Below, piece after piece: positions 30,861 to 39,705 of a DNA stretch of 64,000 nucleotides. The notes under the pieces were generated by a model. The model saw nothing but the letters and a program-made list of their open reading frames with translations. It did not search any database and had not been told where the DNA came from. Each line of letters starts with the position of its first letter. Positions within the stretch are counted from its first letter, which is position 1. The stretch comes from an uncultured Pelagibacteraceae bacterium (lineage in GTDB: Bacteria > Pseudomonadota > Alphaproteobacteria > Pelagibacterales > AG-422-B15). A program made the translations under genes and the position numbers. The stretch is from NCBI GenBank assembly GCA_902614655.1, contig CACMLX010000003.1, positions 19,554 through 83,553 on the forward strand, read 5' to 3'.

Positions 30861-31946
30861 TCAAAGCTCATAGTCTAGAGCACGACAATCTGCAGCATTC
30901 CAGCTAATTTTCTTTTTATCGCCTCTTTTAAGGATATAATTATTGATCGAATTAGGTATTTTTACAATAAATTTCGAGTTTTTTTCAACTGATAACCTGC
31001 ATCTAATGTGATCCCCCAAATATATAAGTTCAACAACCTCAGCGTCTGCAACATTCTCTAATGAGTCGTCAATTCTTACCCTTTCAGGTCTAATTGAAAT
31101 TGTGGTTTTTTCACCAATATCACCTGAATTTACAGCTAGTGCTTTGAACTCATTACCATTTACTTCAACAGTCACTATTTCTCCGTCAATGGATATAACC
31201 TTGCCATCAAATTTATTATTTTCACCTATAAATTGGGCTACAAAGGAATTTGTTGGTTTCTCATACAACTCATTTGGGCTTGCAAGTTGTTGAATTACAC
31301 CATCATTAAAAACAGCAACCCGATCTGACATCGTGAGCGCTTCTGATTGGTCGTGAGTTACGTAAACAACCGTGATTTCTAGCTCCTCATGTAGGTGCTT
31401 GATCTCATACTGCATTTGTTCTCTAAGTTGTTTGTCAAGCGCACCCAACGGTTCGTCCATTAGAACAAGATCAGGCTCAAAAACTAGGCTACGAGCAAGC
31501 GCAACTCTTTGCTGTTGACCTCCTGATAACTGTGCGGGCATCCGATTTTTAAATTGTTCCATTTTTACCATCTCAAGAGCTCTTGTTATCTTTTTATCCC
31601 TATCAGCTTTTTCTATTTTTCTCACTTCTAACGGAAATGCTAAATTCTCAGCGACAGACATATGTGGAAATAGAGCATAATTTTGAAAAACCATACCAAT
31701 ATTTCTTTTATATGGTGGAATATTATTTATTAAGTTTCCATTAAGTTTAATTTCCCCATTTGTTGAATTCTCAAAACCTGCTAGCATCATCAAACAGGTT
31801 GTTTTACCAGATCCTGAAGGACCGAGCATTGTAAGAAATTCACCACGATAGATATTTAAATTAAGATTTTTAACAACAAGTTCTTTGCCATCGTATGTTT
31901 TCTGAACATTTTCGAATGTTACGAAATCTTGATTTTTTATACTCAT
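30861..31946 (-). CDS. ABC importer ATPase (PotA-like)
   Basis: 361 aa. Walker A GPSGSGKTT, signature LSGGQQQRVALAR, Walker B LVLMDEPL, plus a C-terminal TOBE-like domain. Confidence 0.95.
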   Translation of the reverse strand: MSIKNQDFVTFENVQKTYDGKELVVKNLNLNIYRGEFLTMLGPSGSGKTTCLMMLAGFENSTNGEIKLNGNLINNIPPYKRNIGMVFQNYALFPHMSVAENLAFPLEVRKIEKADRDKKITRALEMVKMEQFKNRMPAQLSGGQQQRVALARSLVFEPDLVLMDEPLGALDKQLREQMQYEIKHLHEELEITVVYVTHDQSEALTMSDRVAVFNDGVIQQLASPNELYEKPTNSFVAQFIGENNKFDGKVISIDGEIVTVEVNGNEFKALAVNSGDIGEKTTISIRPERVRIDDSLENVADAEVVELIYLGDHIRCRLSVEKNSKFIVKIPNSINNYILKRGDKKKISWNAADCRALDYEL

Positions 31947-32067
31947 TTAAATTTTTAATTAATTTAAGTAAATACTCGTACCATCTATATATCATTTATG
32001 CAATTTAATCGTAATTCAAATTTAATTGAGTTATAATAAGGCATAAATTAAGTTATATTTAAAATTA

Positions 32068-33504
32068 ATGAAACAATATAAACATTATATCAATGGTGAG
32101 TGGGTAGATAGTTGTAAAAAAAATAAAAAAATTTCAGTTTTAAATCCAGCTAATGAAGAAGTTATTGGCGAAATTACAGCTGGTATAGATGAAGATATAA
32201 ATAGAGCAGTTGAGGCAGCAAAAAAGGCATACCTTTCAAGAGTTTTGGTTGACATGAATCCTATGGAGCGTGCAAAACTCATGAGGCGTATCGCAGATGA
32301 AATTAGAAAAATTAGTAAAGAAGGCGGGGCATTATTATGCGCTGAAAACGGAAAACTTTTATCAGCATCAGAAAATGAATTTCATGAGGCGGCAAATTAT
32401 TTTGATTATTACAGCGGCCTGACAGACAAGATTGAAGGCCAAACAATACCAGTTAACAGTCAGGTAATGGATTATACTGTTTATGAGCCTTATGGAGTTT
32501 CAGGTCACATTGTTCCTTGGAACTTTCCCATTTCAATGATAGCTCGTTCATTAGCTTGTTCTTTTGCTGCTGGAAACTCAACTGTAATAAAGCCAGCAGA
32601 GCTAACTCCTCTTGCCACAAGCTCATTTTTTGCCCAAGCAGTTCATAATGCAGGAGTTCCCAAGGGTTTAATAAATATCGTAACAGGTTATGGAAATGAA
32701 GCAGGCGAAGCTCTGATTAATCATCAAGATGTTGCGCAAATTACTTTCACGGGGTCTGTGAAAACTGGAAAAGTTATACTTCATGCTGCTGCAGAACGTG
32801 CCGTTCCTGCGGTCGTTGAACTCGGTGGAAAGTCGGCAGCAGTAGTATTGCCAGACGCCGATATTAACAAAGTAGTCAATGCCACAAAAATTGGCATCTT
32901 TAGCCAAGCTGGACAAATTTGTTCAGCAATGTCACGTATGATTGTACACAAGTCAATTAAAGATGAAGTATTGGATCAATTGTATAAATTAGCTGGCTCT
33001 CTAAAAATTGGAGCGGGTAACGAAGAGGGTGTAGACTTAACTCCTATAATATCAGAAGATCAATTACAAAAAGTTGAAAACTACGCACGCTCAGGTTTAC
33101 AATCTGGGGCAAATGCAGTTTTTGGAGGGAAAAGGGTTGATCGAAAAGGATACTTCTTTGAACCGACTATCTATTCTGATGTCAAATCTGACATGACAAT
33201 AGCTCAAGAAGAGATATTTGGTCCATTTTTATCAGTACTAGAATATGACGACTATGATGAAGCAGTTGAAATTGCAAATGATACAAAATATGGTCTTGCT
33301 GCTGGGGTATTCACAAATGACATTGATATGGCTACAAAAACAGCTTCTGACTTAAACGGAGGACAAGTGTATGTAAATAGCTGGTTTACCGGAAGCATTG
33401 CAACACCATTCGGAGGCTACAAACAATCAGGCTATAGTAGGGAAAAAGGTCAACAAGCAATCAAAAGCTATTTGCAGTTAAAAAACGTAGGTATTCAACT
33501 GTAA
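32068..33504 (+). CDS. NAD(P)+-dependent aldehyde dehydrogenase
   Basis: 478 aa. Contains VELGGKSA, catalytic Cys region GQICSAMSR and EEIFGPF. Confidence 0.95.
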   Translation: MKQYKHYINGEWVDSCKKNKKISVLNPANEEVIGEITAGIDEDINRAVEAAKKAYLSRVLVDMNPMERAKLMRRIADEIRKISKEGGALLCAENGKLLSASENEFHEAANYFDYYSGLTDKIEGQTIPVNSQVMDYTVYEPYGVSGHIVPWNFPISMIARSLACSFAAGNSTVIKPAELTPLATSSFFAQAVHNAGVPKGLINIVTGYGNEAGEALINHQDVAQITFTGSVKTGKVILHAAAERAVPAVVELGGKSAAVVLPDADINKVVNATKIGIFSQAGQICSAMSRMIVHKSIKDEVLDQLYKLAGSLKIGAGNEEGVDLTPIISEDQLQKVENYARSGLQSGANAVFGGKRVDRKGYFFEPTIYSDVKSDMTIAQEEIFGPFLSVLEYDDYDEAVEIANDTKYGLAAGVFTNDIDMATKTASDLNGGQVYVNSWFTGSIATPFGGYKQSGYSREKGQQAIKSYLQLKNVGIQL

Positions 33505-33605
33505 AAAGCCATAAACTGCGACAATTAAGCTTTAATGTTAGCTTTTAAAGATCTTTTATTTATTTGATTAAACATTATATCTTTTGGAGATACTAATAGA
33601 TAAAA

Positions 33606-34205
33606 ATGTACACACCAATAAATCAATACATTGAAAGACTGGAAAATATTTCATTTGATGTTGATCAATTGAATGAAGCAGTCAGTGAGCTAGTTAAAAT
33701 CAGACCTTTTGAACATTCGGAACAGCAGCCAGGTATGCTAAAATCTAATGCTATTTGCCTTAACTATGATGAAAAAGAGTTAGATGAATGGTTTGGAGGA
33801 AATATAAGAGGCAAATACTGGACTAAACCTGACTCTTCATTTGAAGAAATGGAGAGAGAGCCATACATTGATGAAACGCAATACACTCTATTTAACCCAA
33901 AATTAAACAATACATACTTTAAGTATGTATACGAAAAAATAAATGAGTTTTTTGAAATAGGTAGATGCCGTGTTATTAAAATGCCACCGCGTACAACCTT
34001 GAGTTGGCATAGAGACCCTGAGAGAAGATTACACATTGCAATAAAAACTAATTATGGCGCTCGAATGTTTATTGAACATACTGGCTACCACATACCTGCA
34101 GATGGAAACATTTATTTAACTGATAACACTAAATATCACACAGCTATTAATGGTGGAGAAGAAGATAGAATTCACTTGGTAGCTACTGTTCTAGGCACAA
34201 AATAA
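33606..34205 (+). CDS. Aspartyl/asparaginyl beta-hydroxylase-like cupin (putative 2OG/Fe(II) oxygenase)
   Basis: 199 aa. SWHRDPERRLHIAIKTN...TKYHTAINGGEEDRIHLV fits the HxD...H facial triad and the R-x-H-L pattern of that family. Recognised by eye only. Confidence 0.5.
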   Translation: MYTPINQYIERLENISFDVDQLNEAVSELVKIRPFEHSEQQPGMLKSNAICLNYDEKELDEWFGGNIRGKYWTKPDSSFEEMEREPYIDETQYTLFNPKLNNTYFKYVYEKINEFFEIGRCRVIKMPPRTTLSWHRDPERRLHIAIKTNYGARMFIEHTGYHIPADGNIYLTDNTKYHTAINGGEEDRIHLVATVLGTK

Positions 34206-34207
34206 TT

Positions 34208-35548
34208 TTAACAATCAATTATATTTTTACGCATCCAGCTCGCTTTATTTGCTTCACGTACCTGACTAAATTCTTTTAACTCACGTTTCTTCAATTTTAC
34301 ATACTTCGAAACTACTTTTGCGCCGATTGACTTTTTAACAATTGTGTCATTGCTAAATTTTTTTATAGCTTGCTCTAGGCTGTTAGGTAGTTTTTTTATC
34401 CTTTTTAGTTTGTGACCCTCTGTATACATATTTATATCAAGGCGTTTTCCAGGGCTGCGTTTGTTTTTCATTCCATCGAGACCCATTGCTATAATTCCTG
34501 ATTGAAGTAGGTAAGGGTTAACAGCGCCATCTGCAGCTCTAAATTCAAATCGTCCTTCATCTGGAATTCGTATCATATGTGTGCGGTTATTTCCTGAGTA
34601 CGTCACAGCAGTTGGAGAATAAGTTGATCCAGAGTTTGTTGTTTTCGCATTTAATCGCTCATAACTGTTCAGACATGGATTTAGCCATGCAGCAAAAGAG
34701 TCTACTGATTTCATTATACCACCAATGAATTGATAACCCATTTTTGATAGACCTAGTTGATCAGAAGAATCCTGAAATAAGTTTTTTTTCTTTTTTTTAT
34801 CCCATACTGACACATGTGCATGACAACCATTACCTGTCAGTTGAGTAAATGGCTTAGGCATGAATGTCGCTCTCAATCCGTGCTTTTCAGCAATCGATTT
34901 TACCATAAATTTGAAAAACACGTGGCGATCTGCAGTTGTGAGACAATCTGTAAAATCCCAATTCATTTCAAACTGACCATTAGCATCTTCGTGGTCATTT
35001 TGATAAGGGTTCCAGTCCAGTTTAATCATAGAGTCACAAATTTCACTTAAGACGTCAAAGCGTCTCATTAAAGCGGCCACATCATAGCAAGGCTTTAGAG
35101 CATCATCACGATAGTCAGCGACTTCACTGCCATCTTCATTTAAAATAAAAAATTCACATTCAACCCCAGTCATCATCTTAATGTTTAACTTATCTAAATT
35201 ATTAATTTGGTTTTTTAAAATTACACGCGGACATTGGTCCATAAATTTATTATTCATAACCAGGTCACTTGCCAACCAACCAACGTCAGGTTGCCAGGGT
35301 AATTGAATGAGGCTATCTGGATCAGGTAAAGCAAACATATCAGGTTCAGAAAATGAAAGATCTAAGTGTGTTGCAAATCCTCCAAAGCCCGCACCAGTTT
35401 TCTGCATTTCTCCAATAGCTCGAGTTGGCACGAGTTTTGCCCTTTGCACCCCAAAAAGGTCAACAAATGTGACAAGGAAGTATTTGATTTTCTTTTGCTT
35501 TGCGATTTTTTCTAAGCTTTTTACCATTGAAAGAATTATGCTCAGCAT
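34208..35548 (-). CDS. Glutamine synthetase family gamma-glutamyl-amine ligase (PuuA/GmaS-like)
   Basis: 446 aa. GS catalytic-domain motifs GVECEFF, HEDANGQFE, NGCHAHVSVW and NRTHMIRIP. Confidence 0.85.
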   Translation of the reverse strand: MLSIILSMVKSLEKIAKQKKIKYFLVTFVDLFGVQRAKLVPTRAIGEMQKTGAGFGGFATHLDLSFSEPDMFALPDPDSLIQLPWQPDVGWLASDLVMNNKFMDQCPRVILKNQINNLDKLNIKMMTGVECEFFILNEDGSEVADYRDDALKPCYDVAALMRRFDVLSEICDSMIKLDWNPYQNDHEDANGQFEMNWDFTDCLTTADRHVFFKFMVKSIAEKHGLRATFMPKPFTQLTGNGCHAHVSVWDKKKKKNLFQDSSDQLGLSKMGYQFIGGIMKSVDSFAAWLNPCLNSYERLNAKTTNSGSTYSPTAVTYSGNNRTHMIRIPDEGRFEFRAADGAVNPYLLQSGIIAMGLDGMKNKRSPGKRLDINMYTEGHKLKRIKKLPNSLEQAIKKFSNDTIVKKSIGAKVVSKYVKLKKRELKEFSQVREANKASWMRKNIIDC

Positions 35549-35617
35549 TGATGATTATTCAATAGGTAAATGTTTATTGATATTTGAGCAAAAAACCCAT
35601 ATTGGGTATAACTAAAA

Positions 35618-36679
35618 ATGGATCATAATTTAAAAAAAATCCGAGACTCTGTCATTGAGCACACTTTAAAGTTGGACAACGACCAACTTGCACTTTTATT
35701 ATTAATTCAACTTTCTCGTCATCAAAATCTATTTATTCACGAACCGTCAGATTGGGAAGATAGTCCAACAGGTTGGATTACAAAAGATCAAAGACTGCAA
35801 GATGAAGTAATTGCTATTTTGTCTTTTATAATACTTTTTTCATTTACGAATGCATATCATGATGAAAATTTATTTAAAGATCATAGAGCCGAAATTTTAG
35901 CAATGCATCCAGAAGACTTTCTTAATAATTCAATTTATCAGTCACCGTTTGGTCAATTTATTGGCAAAAAAATTACCATTGGTTCACTTTCAACTTATTT
36001 CAATATTCCAAAAGAAAGTATGAGAAGATATTTAAATTCAGTTTTAGAGAGTAATTTAATTAAAAAGGATTCAAAATATGGATATCTTGTGAATTTTGAA
36101 GCATATCAAGCATATATATTCACCAATTCATTAAGTAATATTTATAAATCAGTCATGCGCTCATTAAATGATTTTATAGTGAATTTAGAAGATTATTTTA
36201 AAATTAATTTTAATTTAAAACCTCTATCTTCAATCAATACAAAAAAATTTTCTCAGCCTAAATGGAACAGAGTACGATTACATCTATATCACTTCTGGGT
36301 AAGAATTCTTACTTTAGAAGGAAGCGATCAATCACTTTTACCAGCTGATCGCATAATACTCTCAGCTGCAGTATATTTTAAAAACAGACACGGTATATTA
36401 AAATATAATACCATTGAAGATCTATATGAAAGCGGACATCTTCTTCCAACAAATCTATCTTCAATTTCTGAGGCAGCAAAAATGCCACGTGAAACTGTAA
36501 GACGATCTAGTAAGAAATTAATTGAATTGAAACATCTTGAAAAAAAAGGGAGAAATATTTACCGAGTTAATTACCCAAAACTCAATGGAGAGGTGGATAT
36601 TTTTTTAAAATTTAAAGAATTAACTTTTACAGAAATGATGAACTTTTACTTTAATATTTACGAGGATTTAACGAGTTAA
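35618..36679 (+). CDS. Hypothetical protein with two winged-helix-like segments (possible regulator)
   Basis: 353 aa. Two HTH-like stretches: LSTYFNIPKESMRRYLNSVLESNLIKK and ISEAAKMPRETVRRSSKKLIELKHLEKKG. I recognise no family. The 3' end overlaps the 3' end of the TolC-like gene by 4 nt (convergent). Confidence 0.35.
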   Translation: MDHNLKKIRDSVIEHTLKLDNDQLALLLLIQLSRHQNLFIHEPSDWEDSPTGWITKDQRLQDEVIAILSFIILFSFTNAYHDENLFKDHRAEILAMHPEDFLNNSIYQSPFGQFIGKKITIGSLSTYFNIPKESMRRYLNSVLESNLIKKDSKYGYLVNFEAYQAYIFTNSLSNIYKSVMRSLNDFIVNLEDYFKINFNLKPLSSINTKKFSQPKWNRVRLHLYHFWVRILTLEGSDQSLLPADRIILSAAVYFKNRHGILKYNTIEDLYESGHLLPTNLSSISEAAKMPRETVRRSSKKLIELKHLEKKGRNIYRVNYPKLNGEVDIFLKFKELTFTEMMNFYFNIYEDLTS

Positions 36680-39498
36680 ATTGAGCACATCAGAATGACT
36701 TCTTCATTACAAGTTAGTTCAGCGTCAACAATTGAGCTATTCTCTGAACTTAATTTAGTATCAAGTTCTTCTAACATCGATTTAGCCTCAACCATAGGAA
36801 CTGGGCCGATTACTACTGAGAAGTCGTTTTTATCAAATTTTTCCACATTTATATCATATTTAAGGAAACGAGTATCAAAGCCCATTAAATCGTATATGTA
36901 ATTCATTAAGCTATTCGCCGAGTTCCCTCGTTTATATGACCCGATCTTAATATAAGCATACTCTGCATTTGATGAATCCTCTGAAATATTGTCATCTGAT
37001 GCAGTTGTTGCCTCGCTTGCTTGAGCGCTGAAAGAGCTAGTTTCAGCATCAACACTTGTATCCATAAGTTCATTTAAGTTTGCTAAAGCCTCTTCAGTCT
37101 CTTTAGCTAACTTTTCTTCAAGCTCTTGTTGAGCTTTTTTTTCTTCTAATTCTTTTTGTTTATTTTCTTCAATTAATTGAGCCAGTTCTTCTTTTGCATC
37201 AGTTGCTTCTGTTAATAGTTTTTCATTATCCATGAGTAATTGTTCATTATTAGCGATCAGCTGTTCGTTTTCTTGAATTAATTTTTTTGTTGGTAAAATA
37301 TTATTTTCTTCGACTGTATTAGTAGTAGTATCATTTTTAATTAAAGCTTTCTCTTCAGTATTTGCTTCAGCACCCTCACTAAAGATTTGATTATTGAATT
37401 CTAATGAACTCTGTTCTTCAGTTGATTGGTCAAAAGTACCGTAAAGCAATTGATCAACAGAATCCAAGAGATTGTTAAGATCGTCGGTAGATACATTACT
37501 AAATTCATATTCTGCTTCAATTGGCTCTGGTGGCGTTTCTTCAACTTCCATTCCTTCATCAACCTCGGTAGTTTCGATCGTAGTTTCTACAACTTGCTCT
37601 ATAGGTAAAGTTTCATTTTCATTACTTAAGCTTGACATACGTGCAAGCTCTTCTCTTGCTTTTTGACTTTCATTTGCAAGGAATGTTTCTTCATCAACAA
37701 ATTTCAAAATGAATTGGTCTTCGACTGAAACTAAAGCATTAGCAACAGAGATTTTTAGTTTAATACCTGATACACCTTCTGGAGGATTGCCGACTATAGA
37801 CAAATCAGAAGTAAGGAATGCAAGCCATCGAGGTAGATCACTTCCATCTTGTTGCGTAACCGAATATCTTAATTTGCCTGGACCAGTGATATTAAATGTA
37901 TCTTTAGATATATTAAATTTATTACTTGTTTGCGTTGTATTAATCGGGTCTGTGATCACTAGAAGTTGTGGGTTTTGATTATTAAGAGGAATATTAACTG
38001 CTGCTTGATAATTTACTCCCCACTCTGCTAAATTAGCTTTTATTTCAGTACTTAAATCCTCGATAGATAGGTTTTGATGATCAGTTGGTAAAATGTCTTT
38101 ACCAATTGATGCGTAAATCTGGCCAATACTGTGCTGCATTTCAGAGAAGGCTAAATCTTTTCTTAACTCTGCAACAAGAAGACTTGCCTCTTCTCGAATA
38201 ACCTCAAGTTCACCAAATCTTGAGACTTTTTGTGCATTTTGAACCTGCTTACTTATTCTTTGAGCTACATCTAAATACCTTTGTGCCGTATCATATTCTT
38301 CAATGGCTAGGTCATAATTAATGTTTGATAAATGGACTTGTGAAAGCACCGTCATTGCTATTGCTAAGTGTCTCTCGTTTATCAATTCTTGATTTGCTTT
38401 AGATGCTTTCCTTGATGCCCCTATTGAAAATATATCAAAAAGATTACCTCCAATCGACGCGCCGTATTCGGTAGTATCTTGGTTCATTAAAAATTGATTA
38501 TTCGTATATCCATAGGCTACATTAAACTTTAGACTCGGTATAAGGGCCAGCATAGCCGCACGAGTATCTTTACTAGAAATTCTTTTTTGATATCGACTTT
38601 CCATTAATTCTGGTCTTGAAATAAGTGCTATTTCTTCCATGGATTGAATATCCATATTTAAATTAGTTAAAAATGTATCATTTTTTGCAAGTGTAAACTT
38701 TTGGCTTGGTAACAAGCCCATCAAAGAAGCTAATTCATTTTTTGAATTAATTAATGCTCTTTGTTGTGTTTGCAATGTTCTTTGAACATCAAGCAATTCT
38801 TTTTGATAAAGTAAAGAGTCCATAGGAGCTGAAATTAAAAGTTCTTCAATATATTGAGAGTCTGATAAAGCATCTTCGACTTTTTCCAACAACGGTCTTA
38901 ACTTTCGAAGAAGCTTCTCAGATGCTTGTGCTTTCCAGTAAGAGCGAATTATGTCCCGTGTGATATTCTGTGTAGCTTTTCTCTCGAGCTCTTTCGCAAT
39001 TAAAAAACGATCAGCTTGTTGACCTGCTCTAATATAAGAAAGACCGAAGTCTAATGCATTCCATGTGAATTCAATATTTCTTGTACTTTGAGACCTGTCT
39101 CTTGATATTGTATATGACTGAGTGCCATCTAAGTCTGGAGCAGGTTCAGAGTCGCTTGTTACACCAACACTAGTCGAGGGTTGAATTTCCATAAATTTTG
39201 AGTAGCCAGCACTAAGAGCTATATCAGGCAGCATATCGAATTTTTGTAAGTCTCTTTGTCTTTGTGAGAGCGCAGACTCCATCACGCTTATCCTTAAGTC
39301 ACGATTATTTCTAACTGCAATTGCAATTGCAGTATGCAAATCAATATTTTGTAAAGATGTGTCAACTTCAAGATTTAACATATCTTCCGCAATTGAAAAA
39401 TTAAGAGACTCTTCATCAATTACTTTTGGAGATCTCGCACAAGCAACGAGCGCCAAGCATATGAAAAATAAAAATAATTTTTTTATTGAATTGACCAT
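36676..39498 (-). CDS. TolC/OEP-family outer-membrane lipoprotein with a C-terminal cadherin-like (Cadg) domain, acidic coiled coil and SPOR-like domain
   Basis: 940 aa. Lipobox LALVAC (Cys20). OEP-type repeats occupy about aa 45-475 (HTAIAIAVRNNRDLR...). Cadg-like LPRWLAFLTSDLSIVGNPPEG lies at aa 555-575 (nt about 37699-37971). A Glu/Gln-rich coiled coil spans aa 600-845. The SPOR-like C-terminus YIKIGSYKRGNSANSL...FSVVIGPVPMVEAKSMLEEL maps to nt about 36754-36963. Confidence 0.8.
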   Translation of the reverse strand: MVNSIKKLFLFFICLALVACARSPKVIDEESLNFSIAEDMLNLEVDTSLQNIDLHTAIAIAVRNNRDLRISVMESALSQRQRDLQKFDMLPDIALSAGYSKFMEIQPSTSVGVTSDSEPAPDLDGTQSYTISRDRSQSTRNIEFTWNALDFGLSYIRAGQQADRFLIAKELERKATQNITRDIIRSYWKAQASEKLLRKLRPLLEKVEDALSDSQYIEELLISAPMDSLLYQKELLDVQRTLQTQQRALINSKNELASLMGLLPSQKFTLAKNDTFLTNLNMDIQSMEEIALISRPELMESRYQKRISSKDTRAAMLALIPSLKFNVAYGYTNNQFLMNQDTTEYGASIGGNLFDIFSIGASRKASKANQELINERHLAIAMTVLSQVHLSNINYDLAIEEYDTAQRYLDVAQRISKQVQNAQKVSRFGELEVIREEASLLVAELRKDLAFSEMQHSIGQIYASIGKDILPTDHQNLSIEDLSTEIKANLAEWGVNYQAAVNIPLNNQNPQLLVITDPINTTQTSNKFNISKDTFNITGPGKLRYSVTQQDGSDLPRWLAFLTSDLSIVGNPPEGVSGIKLKISVANALVSVEDQFILKFVDEETFLANESQKAREELARMSSLSNENETLPIEQVVETTIETTEVDEGMEVEETPPEPIEAEYEFSNVSTDDLNNLLDSVDQLLYGTFDQSTEEQSSLEFNNQIFSEGAEANTEEKALIKNDTTTNTVEENNILPTKKLIQENEQLIANNEQLLMDNEKLLTEATDAKEELAQLIEENKQKELEEKKAQQELEEKLAKETEEALANLNELMDTSVDAETSSFSAQASEATTASDDNISEDSSNAEYAYIKIGSYKRGNSANSLMNYIYDLMGFDTRFLKYDINVEKFDKNDFSVVIGPVPMVEAKSMLEELDTKLSSENSSIVDAELTCNEEVILMCSI

Positions 39499-39705
39499 GT
39501 ATTTGTTTTTATAAAAACCAAGTTACTGTCATAACGGGTAACTTTATCCCGCGCAAGTAATACCAAACTTTAGTAATTTCAGAGTACACATAACCGCCCA
39601 TTTTGGGTTTTTTCTGCGATCTTGCTACATTTAGCAGCATTACTGCTGTATATAGAAAAGGTATATTTATCAATAAATTACTAAATTTTATTTATAAAAA
39701 ATATC

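Noticed and set aside
33520-33545. Weak hairpin AAGCT-n8-AGCTT after the aldehyde dehydrogenase gene as a terminator
   Set aside because: The stem is only 5 bp and AT-rich, with no clean T-run. Not supportable.
34814-35615. Plus-strand ORFs (78 and 102 aa) across the GS-like gene
   Set aside because: They are antisense to the GS-family CDS, with no motifs.
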